This document shows, piece after piece, positions 46,680 through 55,487 of a stretch of DNA of 64,000 nt. A model generated the notes under the pieces. The model searched no databases, was not told the DNA's origin, and saw nothing but the letters and a program-made list of their open reading frames with translations. The stretch is from Candidatus Sabulitectum sp. (GTDB taxonomy: Bacteria; Fermentibacterota; Fermentibacteria; Fermentibacterales; JCC-6), in NCBI GenBank assembly GCA_023145375.1, contig JAGLDY010000012.1, positions 45,861-109,860 on the forward strand, in the 5' to 3' direction. How positions within the stretch are numbered: the stretch's first letter is position 1; each line of letters begins with the position of its first letter. Position numbers and translations under genes: made by a program.

Positions 46680-48245
46680 ATGAGCAGACAATCACCTGCA
46701 CATTGCCTGAAAATTTTGACATTTATAACCCTGGTGTGCTTGTTTTTTCCTCTACAAGCCCATGGAGACACATCAAGTCTGACAGCAACACAAACAAACT
46801 GGGCAGGTGGATTACCACATTCCAGACCGTATGTTGCCTTGTGGTCGGATATGTTCGAATCATCATATGCAGTCGATTGGTCGGATACCCCAGGTTCTCT
46901 AACTATTGTAAGTGGATTTGAGAGGAAGATTATTTGGTACGGAGGAAGTTTATCAATAACGCACTTCACTCCCTTTGATGTTGATTCCGATGGTGATCTT
47001 GATATGTTTTTTCTGCAAAATACCGCCCAGGTTGGATGGTTGGAGAATTTCGATTGTGAACAGGGTTGGGTATTACATGAAATAGAGCACCCAATCTATC
47101 AGCCCAAAGCACTTGTTGCAAATGATTTTGATGGAAATGGATTCCCTGATCTAGCTGTAAGCTCAAGACAAGATGGACTCCTGATGCTTTATCAGGTGTC
47201 TGAAGACAGATGGGAAATCGAGCACATTGACAGGCTATTTTATAGCGGTTGGGATCTGGACACTGCAGACATTAACAAGGATGGAGTGGATGATCTGGTC
47301 GGTATTTCATGGGTACCGAATTACATCTGCTGGTGGGAAAACCCGGTCTCCATGCTTGAGAATTGGAATCCTCATATCATTGCTGACCTAGAGATTGCCA
47401 GAAACTCAATCTTGATCGATGACTTCGATGGAGATGGCCTGACTGAGGTATGTGCCTTTTCCCCAAGCAATACATGGGCTGGTGTAAATTTTTTTGTACA
47501 GGGTGATAGCTACAGAGAACCCTGGAAAGAATTACGGTTTGGTGATTGGACAGATGACGTCAACCATGTTGCTGTTCTGCAAAGATACGATGATGATAAC
47601 CAACATACTTTTAGCGGCTTGGCTATCGGTAAACAAGGGCACAATTCATCGGAATATGGATTCTTCATTCTTAATTCCGAATACGTACGTCAGCATACAC
47701 TTTCTCTTGGAAGAGAGTCTCCACAAACGGCTTTTATTCGTACGGGTGATATTGATGGGGATGCCGATATGGACATTTGCATAAATGCCCGCTGTTTTGA
47801 GAATGTTGAAGATAAATCCACCTGGATTCCGCACAACTATCTTGATAATGTTTCGACTAACATGCAAATTTCAAATCCAGTGTGTGTTGACCTTGATGGC
47901 AATGGGACCGACGAACTGGTTTATATAGAATCTGGTTCTATCTGGTTTGTTGATCATTCAATGCTTGTTTCCAGGGGTGAACTTACTTCACATTACTTTG
48001 AGCCCCAGGAGGTTCAGGAATGGAAACGCTTATCCTGGGAGTCAGAAGAACCCAGTGGTACTTCAGTATCAATGTTCTTCAGATACAACCGGCAATCTGA
48101 TTGGATAGGACCTTTCAGAGAATCCATAGATTTGACTGAGTATGAATCAGAGGGGATTAACCAGTTTCAGTACAGGGTGGTTCTTGAATCAGATTATCCA
48201 ACAGTATCACCCGTTCTTCATAGCATTACTGTGGAATGGGAGTAA
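46680..48245 (+). CDS. FG-GAP repeat (integrin-alpha-like beta-propeller) secreted protein
   Basis: Signal peptide. At least 6 FG-GAP Ca-binding loops (DVDSDGDLD, NDFDGNGFPD, DINKDGVDD, DDFDGDGLTE, GDIDGDADMD, VDLDGNGTDE). Confidence 0.75.
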   Translation: MSRQSPAHCLKILTFITLVCLFFPLQAHGDTSSLTATQTNWAGGLPHSRPYVALWSDMFESSYAVDWSDTPGSLTIVSGFERKIIWYGGSLSITHFTPFDVDSDGDLDMFFLQNTAQVGWLENFDCEQGWVLHEIEHPIYQPKALVANDFDGNGFPDLAVSSRQDGLLMLYQVSEDRWEIEHIDRLFYSGWDLDTADINKDGVDDLVGISWVPNYICWWENPVSMLENWNPHIIADLEIARNSILIDDFDGDGLTEVCAFSPSNTWAGVNFFVQGDSYREPWKELRFGDWTDDVNHVAVLQRYDDDNQHTFSGLAIGKQGHNSSEYGFFILNSEYVRQHTLSLGRESPQTAFIRTGDIDGDADMDICINARCFENVEDKSTWIPHNYLDNVSTNMQISNPVCVDLDGNGTDELVYIESGSIWFVDHSMLVSRGELTSHYFEPQEVQEWKRLSWESEEPSGTSVSMFFRYNRQSDWIGPFRESIDLTEYESEGINQFQYRVVLESDYPTVSPVLHSITVEWE

Positions 48246-49730
48246 CTATTGCTTTTCCAGTGTGAATGTTGCTATTTCTCTTCGCTCGTCGTCAGATAGA
48301 TTCACTTCGTACAATCTACCCTCGATAGAATCACTCAGAAGCGAGCAGTCTATCAATCTGGCAATAAGAAAATCAGATGTGTTTGCATGGTTCGAATAAC
48401 TGGGAATACTTGAGAAGTGCAGTAAAAGAGCAGTTGAGTCATCATCTGGATAATCGAACAATGCACTGTTGTGAATTCTGATATCATTGCCGTATGGGTT
48501 CGTTTCATATTCTATCTGAGTGTAAGTTACTCCATTGTATTCCAGGAGTGCTTGACCCGTTTTATTAAATGACAGAGATGAACCATCAATATCTATGGAA
48601 CTCAAAGTATCCGGTACAGTTTCTATCTTGTAACTCAATAAACAGTAGTCTATAGCGCATCCCGAGTAGAAAACAGGTTCGGAATCTCTCGACTCCACAT
48701 AGTATAAAGAGCCATTAAATTCTCCATTTTCCAATGCTTCTATTATTGTCATAAGAATGGGTTTCCTGGGCTCACTGCTAAGGTCGTCCAGTCTTAGAAG
48801 AGTATTGCGAGTCGAGGATCTGCCTCCAGAGGAAGTAAATACGGGAAACAGCATATCAAAGCTGTCGCTATCTCTCTGATAATATGGCCTTGATACAAAC
48901 CTCTGCCGTCCTGTAAGATAGAATTCTCTACCATCAGAAAGCAGATACGCGTCATCTGGAAGACCAATTGACCAGGGATCTGAATCATCAAGTTTTATTC
49001 TGAACGTGTAGACTGGGATTACACCAGACTCACAGTAACTGGTATATGATGCAATAGAGGAAAATGCAGGATATTTGGGCCATAGGTCGAAATAGTAAAC
49101 TCCATTGTTAAAGCTTCGAATCTCACCTGCTAGTGACAAATATAGATCTTCACCCTCTGAGCGATGCATTCCAAACTCTGTCAGATATGCCGAACCATTG
49201 TAGATAGTTCCAAAAACTCTTCTATCATCCCATCTGGTGAAATTGGTTTCTGTCACTCTGTCTGTACCGGAAGGAGAAACAGTAATCTCAATCTCTTCTG
49301 ATGATAGTGGAAAATGAACTGTAATTGCTGACTTGTGCTGATTGAACTCTGGAACTTTACCGGATGACAGAGATTGGAGATCCTCCACTGTAAGGATGTT
49401 TGGTGAGGACCTACCAACCATTGTAAAGAATCCATCTCCTGCCAGTCCATGTATTGATAGCTTACCTGAACTGTCTGCCAAGAATAAACCTTGCTGGTTC
49501 TCTTCCATTTCAATGGTGTACTCATGATAGAAAGTCAGTCTATCTCCAGGTTCAGATGCACCACTCCATACTCTAGATACCCTTACGGTGAGTGAATCAT
49601 ACTGATAGTCGACAAGCGTGCCTTCAATAACATGCTCATGCTGATGGTAATTCTCGTAATCAAAGCGTCCTGTTGGCGCCGTTATGACTGTCATGCCAAT
49701 AATGTATAGAAGTAACAGAATAATATGCAT
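48246..49730 (-). CDS. hypothetical secreted/membrane-anchored protein
   Basis: N-terminal hydrophobic segment MHIILLLLYIIGMTVITAPTG. No recognised domain. Its stop abuts the stop of the convergent FG-GAP gene. Confidence 0.45.
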   Translation of the reverse strand: MHIILLLLYIIGMTVITAPTGRFDYENYHQHEHVIEGTLVDYQYDSLTVRVSRVWSGASEPGDRLTFYHEYTIEMEENQQGLFLADSSGKLSIHGLAGDGFFTMVGRSSPNILTVEDLQSLSSGKVPEFNQHKSAITVHFPLSSEEIEITVSPSGTDRVTETNFTRWDDRRVFGTIYNGSAYLTEFGMHRSEGEDLYLSLAGEIRSFNNGVYYFDLWPKYPAFSSIASYTSYCESGVIPVYTFRIKLDDSDPWSIGLPDDAYLLSDGREFYLTGRQRFVSRPYYQRDSDSFDMLFPVFTSSGGRSSTRNTLLRLDDLSSEPRKPILMTIIEALENGEFNGSLYYVESRDSEPVFYSGCAIDYCLLSYKIETVPDTLSSIDIDGSSLSFNKTGQALLEYNGVTYTQIEYETNPYGNDIRIHNSALFDYPDDDSTALLLHFSSIPSYSNHANTSDFLIARLIDCSLLSDSIEGRLYEVNLSDDERREIATFTLEKQ

Positions 49731-50184
49731 AGTGAACGAATCATTATAAATTCTATTGTCTTGGTCAATGGATTGCTTTCTGTACAGTTCAACCGTTTCT
49801 TTTCCTACTTGCAACCCGAGAATGTCGCTGCAGATTTACAGGTCTGAATGCTGAGTACATTCGAGAGTAAATATGTTCATTCACCATCGGTTCAAATCAC
49901 TACTGAGGAGAATAAACGATATTTGTGGCTGCCATGGAAAGCGTGATAGTAGGGCTGATTTGCACGTGTTAATTAGAAAACCTGAGCTGAACTGCTTGGC
50001 GATTCCAATCCAGAAAAGGGTTCCAACTAAGAAACATTAGGGATACCGGCATTCAATCTGAATAATGACAATCCAACATGAGATAATAGAATAGGCTCTA
50101 CACCCAAAGTGCTTCCATTCCCTCGCCCCATAGAAAATACCTCAATAAGGGAATTCATATGGAGGTAGTCTGCTCCCAATTCTC

Positions 50185-50279
50185 ATGCTGCACCGTCAAA
50201 TCGTAGCTCATTGAGTTTTGTGATCCAGGAGATGAAAAGTTTCCAACTGGCAATCAGGTGGGATACCATAATTTAATCT
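50185..50279 (+). repeat. direct repeat copy 1 (about 95 bp), upstream flank of the two-gene cassette
   Basis: About 80% identical to 52715..52807 in the same orientation. Shared core TCATTGAG(T/C)TTTGTGA(T/G)CCAGG...GTTTCCAACTGGCAATCA...GGGATACCA. Confidence 0.7.
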
Positions 50280-50623
50280 TAACAAGGCTCTACACCATTA
50301 ACGGGGCAGTCCAAATCCACCTTAGTTATTGAGATTCCTCACCAAGTACTTAATCTTGTTATCTGACTTTGATATCTCTCAAGAAATACTATCGAAATAG
50401 GCATTGCATTTCCCATTACATAAAGCATTACAAATATTAAAATAGAAACCATTATTGATTCTATTGCTATTTGTATTGCAAATACTGTTATCTATTTTGA
50501 GAATGGATACCGTTATAACATTATGTTACTAAGTCACATAATTAAGATAATGTTTGCATCTTGTTCAGGGATATGCTATGTTCAGCAATGATGAACAGGC
50601 GTAAATATTGAACAAAGGATGGA

Positions 50624-51652
50624 TTGGCCATGGAAGGTATTCAGCGGGAACGGGAAAAGGAAACTCTGCAGGCAGCTCTTCTGAAGCTGCGCGAGGAGAT
50701 ACCAATAGGGGACTATACAGTGAAATGGGAAGTGCCCACAGGCAAGGGTACTGTATTTGATGCTGTGGTGAACTTCCAGAAAATTCTTCACGAGTACGCC
50801 GTGGAAATCAAAATGAACCTTAACCCCAAAATGCTGGACGCCATGGAATTCTACCTGAAAGAGGTAGGTAGAACGGTGATCCTCATAACTGATGCCATAA
50901 CAGACACAACCGCGACAGAACTCAGACAGAGGAATATCCAGTATATCGATACTCTGGGAAACATGTACCTCGCCCAGGAAGATCCCTTTGTTATTGTCCA
51001 CAAAACTGGCAGCAAACCACAGGGAACCACAAAAGAGAAACCGGCGAATGCATTCGCAGGCACAAGGCTCAAGGTGATATTTACTCTGCTTACAATCGAA
51101 GATGCGGTTAACCTTACCTACAGGGAAGTTGCCAATCTGGCCGGGGTAGCACTTGGTACCGTAGGATGGACATTCAGAGATCTGAAACTGCTGGGCTACA
51201 TCAGAGTGTACAAGCACAAGCGGAAAATCATGAACCGCGACAAACTGGTAAACCGGTGGCTGGAGGCATACCCTACCGAGATGCGTCCGAAACTCAATCC
51301 CAAACGCTTTACCGCTCCTGATAAAAATTGGTGGATTCAAGTAGATCTCAACCGCTATGGAGTGCTACTTGGTGGAGAAACAGCAGCAGCAGTGCTTACA
51401 AAACACCTTCACCCAGAGTATGGAGTGCTTTACACCCATGGTGATATTCACGAACTGGCAAGGGCGCTGAAGTTAAGAGCAGACCCGCTGGGGAACCTCA
51501 CTCTAATGGATCGATTCTGGAAGGGAGAAGCCCTTCAAATAAACAGAACTCCCATGGCTCCTCCCATCCTTATCTGTGCTGAACTCCTTGCAGAGGGTGG
51601 GGAGAGGAATATGGAAGCTGTGAAGATGATCCGGGAGAACTTTAATGTATAG
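50624..51652 (+). CDS. wHTH protein with an N-terminal PD-(D/E)xK-like motif. Candidate AbiEi-like antitoxin/regulator.
   Basis: FDAVVNF...EYAVEIK (D...ExK) in the first 100 aa. wHTH LTYREVANLAGVALGTVGWTFRDLKLLGYIRV in the middle. Overlaps the next gene by 8 nt. Confidence 0.45.
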   Translation: MAMEGIQREREKETLQAALLKLREEIPIGDYTVKWEVPTGKGTVFDAVVNFQKILHEYAVEIKMNLNPKMLDAMEFYLKEVGRTVILITDAITDTTATELRQRNIQYIDTLGNMYLAQEDPFVIVHKTGSKPQGTTKEKPANAFAGTRLKVIFTLLTIEDAVNLTYREVANLAGVALGTVGWTFRDLKLLGYIRVYKHKRKIMNRDKLVNRWLEAYPTEMRPKLNPKRFTAPDKNWWIQVDLNRYGVLLGGETAAAVLTKHLHPEYGVLYTHGDIHELARALKLRADPLGNLTLMDRFWKGEALQINRTPMAPPILICAELLAEGGERNMEAVKMIRENFNV

Positions 51653-52496
51653 AGTAACCGTTGATGATGATAAAAAGACTGTCCTTTCTGCCATTGATAT
51701 CGTTGCCGCGGAATTTGCAATATCCTGGTTTCTCTGCGGAGCATATTCCAGAGTACTTCTATGTGAAGAAGTTTTCAAAACTCCAATCGGACGAGCGACG
51801 TACGATCTTGATATTGCAATCTGTGTAAAATCTCTGGATGAGTATACCTGTTTCCGTGAAAGTCTATGCGAGAAGTATATGTTTATGCCAGATAGCAAGA
51901 AAGAGCAGAGACTCATTCACCGCATGAGCGGCATACCAGTTGATATAATTCCTTTCGGGAAATTCTCAGAACCGGATGAATTGTACAGATGGGGTCCAGA
52001 TGATGCTTTTGAGATGAATGTACTGGGTTTTGATGATGCCTCTCTCTCCTCAATCAGCTTCCTTGTAAATAGCGAACTTGAAATAAAAATAGCTGGTTAT
52101 GCAGAACAGTTCGTGCTTAAATTGTTTGCATGGAAAGACAGGCGATCTATAAGGGGTATTGATGATGCCGGAGATCTGGCATACTTTCTTATCCACGCCT
52201 TGAAGTCAGTTTCAGAAATGCATCTTTTCGGCAAGTACTATTCTGTTCTGGAAGAGGCAGGGTACGATGACGAACTTGCTTCCTGCTGCATTTTAGGTAA
52301 GCAGATAAGATCCGTTTTTTCAATGAAAACCGTTGATAAGACAATCGAAATTCTTGAGGATGAGTTTAATGCCGGTGATGATTCTGCTCTGATGTCCGAT
52401 ATGTACAGTAGATTCAGTTCCTGGCCCCGACCTGATGAACGTATTGCAATTGTCATCGATCAACTTCTTAAAGGTCTTTTAGCGGACGATCATTAG
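51645..52496 (+). CDS. minimal polymerase-beta-type nucleotidyltransferase, AbiEii/AbiGii-toxin-like
   Basis: NTase signature hG[GA]S CGAYSRVLL, then RATYDLDIAI (DxD), then the third acidic residue in PVDIIPF. 283 aa. Confidence 0.55.
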   Translation: MYRVTVDDDKKTVLSAIDIVAAEFAISWFLCGAYSRVLLCEEVFKTPIGRATYDLDIAICVKSLDEYTCFRESLCEKYMFMPDSKKEQRLIHRMSGIPVDIIPFGKFSEPDELYRWGPDDAFEMNVLGFDDASLSSISFLVNSELEIKIAGYAEQFVLKLFAWKDRRSIRGIDDAGDLAYFLIHALKSVSEMHLFGKYYSVLEEAGYDDELASCCILGKQIRSVFSMKTVDKTIEILEDEFNAGDDSALMSDMYSRFSSWPRPDERIAIVIDQLLKGLLADDH

Positions 52497-52714
52497 AATG
52501 TTCTACTAAAGAATGGCCGTGACACACAGCATGTAGAAGATTATTGAGATTTCTCCTCTTTTAATTTGTACTCATAGTGTTGAGGGTTTCGCCCGGTATT
52601 CATCCGGAAGAGTACATCATCAATTCCTGTTCCGTTAAGATTCTATTCCTTTACGGTACGTAAAGTCTATTGGTGAAGTTAGAGATAGAACACCCTCGAG
52701 AGCACTGTAATGTT

Positions 52715-52807
52715 ATGCTGCGCTGTGAAATAGCGACTCATTGAGCTTTGTGAGCCAGGGCATGAAATGTTTCCAACTGGCAATCAATTGGGATACCAGT
52801 TTAAATC
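52715..52807 (+). repeat. direct repeat copy 2 (about 93 bp), downstream flank of the cassette
   Basis: See copy 1. Lies about 220 nt after the cassette stop and about 175 nt before the LVIVD gene. Confidence 0.7.
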
Positions 52808-52982
52808 GATCCCTTCAATCTAATGGTTTCAGTTAGTGTCTACTCTACCGTGGCAGGATCAGTAATATTCCGGGGAGAGCAGAATATATATAGCATGAGT
52901 GTCTCTTATTTCCCTAATGCAAAAGGTGTATATTGAAGCACTGGTTTGAGTCGGAATATTCTCAACCAACGAGGGGATTGCT

Positions 52983-54317
52983 ATGAGTCCTGTGGGAGTT
53001 CTTCTTGTCGCTATTGCGATGTATTCGCCGCAGGTCTTTACAGATTCAGCTCTGCAGATAGGTATTCCAGGCGATACTTCGCACCACTGCTTCCCTGAAA
53101 CTCCGGATCGGCGGGGCGGGTCCATTTTATCCCGGGATGAGAATGATTCCTTGAATGTTAGTTTTGTGGGAAACTGGCCGTTTGGTCCTTCATGCTGTGT
53201 CTCTGTTGACTCCACTCAAAGCATTGCATTTCTCAGCTCAGGCGGAGGGGTTTACATCCTTGATATTTCTGACCCTGCTTCCCCTGCTGAGATGTCTGGA
53301 TGCATTTATACAAGAGGCAGAGTGATGGATCTCTTTTACCAGGAATCCGCCGGTAGACTCTATGCAGCAGTAGATGAGAACGGCATTGAGGTCTGGGACG
53401 TTCAGGACCTTGACAACCCATACAGACTTGGAAGTTGTGATACACCTGACAGGGCATGGGGGATAGTTGTATCCGGTGATCATGCCTATGTAGCTGATGG
53501 GGATTCCGGCCTCCGTGTAATTGATGTGACCACTCCATCAGCCCCTGTTGAAGTTGGCTGTTATGATTCGCCGGGGTATGTCCGAAGCCTGGTTATATCA
53601 GGTAACTACGCCTACCTGGCTGATGATTCAGCACTTCTTGTGATTGATATTTCCGTACCGTCCAATCCAACACAGGTGGGGTATTGCAACAGCGATTGCG
53701 AGTACGGCATTGCCATAGATAACAATTTCATTTACGCCACGGGTTATTCAGATGGCTTGTACGTTATTGATGTGTCCACACCTTCTGAGCCAGTGGAGGT
53801 CGGCTCCTACATTTCTTTTTCATTGTTGGGTCTGGAAGTCTCTGACGGCTATGCATACATTTCAAATGCAAACATTGGTTTTCTTGTTCTTGACATATCC
53901 TCACCTGCTGCTCCAATGGAAGTGGGGTACTGCAACACCCCTGGTACCGCTCTTCAGGTAGCTGTATCGGGAAACTACACTTATGTCGCAGATGGCGCTA
54001 CAGGTCTGCAGATTTACCAGTTCATACCAATGTCAATAGAGAAAGAAGAAGGGGTTGAGCAAGAGTCCAGCCTCTTTGATATTGTCTCGAATCCGTCCAG
54101 AGGCTCAGTCTCTTTCAGGATAGAATTATCATGTAATTCTCAGTTAGATATGACTGTCTACGATATCTGTGGCCGTGAGGTTCAGCTGCCGGCAAGCGGG
54201 AATTATCCTCCGGGACAGCACGAGATCATCCTGAACGACTTATCACCGGGAGTGTATTTTGCTAGAGTTGATACCGAAACATCCACCGAGACAAAGAAAT
54301 TTGTGCTGATCAGGTAG
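52983..54317 (+). CDS. LVIVD-repeat beta-propeller protein with a T9SS C-terminal sorting domain
   Basis: GAGGGG SD. Repeated xLxVIDISxPSxPxxVGxY units (YILDISDPASPAEM, LRVIDVTTPSAPVEVGCY, LLVIDISVPSNPTQVGYC, LYVIDVSTPSEPVEVGSY, LVLDISSPAAPMEVGYC). CTD MTVYDICGREV...GVYFARV. Confidence 0.75.
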   Translation: MSPVGVLLVAIAMYSPQVFTDSALQIGIPGDTSHHCFPETPDRRGGSILSRDENDSLNVSFVGNWPFGPSCCVSVDSTQSIAFLSSGGGVYILDISDPASPAEMSGCIYTRGRVMDLFYQESAGRLYAAVDENGIEVWDVQDLDNPYRLGSCDTPDRAWGIVVSGDHAYVADGDSGLRVIDVTTPSAPVEVGCYDSPGYVRSLVISGNYAYLADDSALLVIDISVPSNPTQVGYCNSDCEYGIAIDNNFIYATGYSDGLYVIDVSTPSEPVEVGSYISFSLLGLEVSDGYAYISNANIGFLVLDISSPAAPMEVGYCNTPGTALQVAVSGNYTYVADGATGLQIYQFIPMSIEKEEGVEQESSLFDIVSNPSRGSVSFRIELSCNSQLDMTVYDICGREVQLPASGNYPPGQHEIILNDLSPGVYFARVDTETSTETKKFVLIR

Positions 54318-54385
54318 CTTGAAAAGCTCTTTTTAGTAGAAAACCTCTTTATCAGCAGGTCTAAGCTCGCACCGAAAGGAATACT

Positions 54386-55390
54386 ATGAAAATGGATCTG
54401 GATTTCATGTCGACTCAAATGGATACAAAAGAGCGATTCGGAAGACCTGCACTTGAACTGCTTGGCTCCGGGCTGGGAGTTGATCAGATCCTGCGCATTA
54501 AAATATCTGGAGGCTTGTTCGGCAAAAGCGGGGAAATTCTCTCTGTGGACAGGTATCTGTCATTCAAGGCAAACAGCAAACTGTCAAAGCTGAAGAAATC
54601 AAAAAGTGTCATGTACAATGAGATATCAAGTCTGGAAATTGACTCAAGTTCGGACCACACATGCTGGGAATTTAAGACTGAGAAAGACAACTTCTACGTA
54701 ACTTTTACTAATCACGGCGGCAGAAATAGACTAAGTGCTCAGGATGTTTTCTGGTACGATGTGGATGCATTTCCGAAGAGATCCAGTGACTTTTATGAAC
54801 TTCTCGGCAAGATACTCACAGGTACGATCCTCACTAACGGCAACCTCGGTGATCCAGCTTACCACAGGGAACTCCTCAATAAAGCTGTAAAAGAGTTCGA
54901 GGAAGCCGTTGCTCTGGATTCACAAAAAATATCAGCCACTGATGGTGTTCGTTGTGCTCCCTGGGTTGTACTTCAGAACGCTTTTGCAATGTTCCTGGCG
55001 GGAGTTGCCGTTGCAGGAGATAGGAAACAGGAGGCGTTCCTGGCACTGTTCAACGATTTGAACGATATCTGGGCTCGAATCCTTGAACGACTGCTGCTGG
55101 AACTTGAAAGACAGAGTAAAAAAAGCAAATTAGCCGGTTACAGGGCAGAAAGTCTCGGAGAACAGTTCGACAGGCTCTCTTCTCTCTGGTATTTCCGTAG
55201 AATAATCAGACTGAATTTCGCGGAAAAACAGATGAATCCAGATGATATACTGTTCTGGAGCATAAAGCTCCTTCAACCCAGAGCAATGTATGACAGGCGG
55301 AGAGATTATTACGAATTGTTGCCGAAACCTAAAGTCGAGTTGATCGAAGCACACATTCAGGAGATCAAAGAATACCAGAGGAAAAGATAG
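54386..55390 (+). CDS. hypothetical cytoplasmic protein with a possible PH/GRAM-like N-terminal region
   Basis: AAAGGA SD. No signal peptide. No recognised catalytic motif. Confidence 0.45.
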   Translation: MKMDLDFMSTQMDTKERFGRPALELLGSGLGVDQILRIKISGGLFGKSGEILSVDRYLSFKANSKLSKLKKSKSVMYNEISSLEIDSSSDHTCWEFKTEKDNFYVTFTNHGGRNRLSAQDVFWYDVDAFPKRSSDFYELLGKILTGTILTNGNLGDPAYHRELLNKAVKEFEEAVALDSQKISATDGVRCAPWVVLQNAFAMFLAGVAVAGDRKQEAFLALFNDLNDIWARILERLLLELERQSKKSKLAGYRAESLGEQFDRLSSLWYFRRIIRLNFAEKQMNPDDILFWSIKLLQPRAMYDRRRDYYELLPKPKVELIEAHIQEIKEYQRKR

Positions 55391-55487
55391 GCTTATCTCC
55401 TGAAATAATATCTATAAACGACTGTTCTTTCATATGAAATAGCATATATATACAGTAACTTATTTGTCATTTTTTCAGGAGGTTGAG

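Noticed and set aside
50582-51340. 252-aa minus-strand ORF
   Set aside because: It is fully antisense to the cassette's first gene, is rich in Cys/His/Phe, and has no SD.
52859-53215. 118-aa minus-strand ORF spanning repeat copy 2 and the LVIVD start
   Set aside because: It overlaps the well-supported LVIVD gene start and the repeat. It is likely a shadow ORF.
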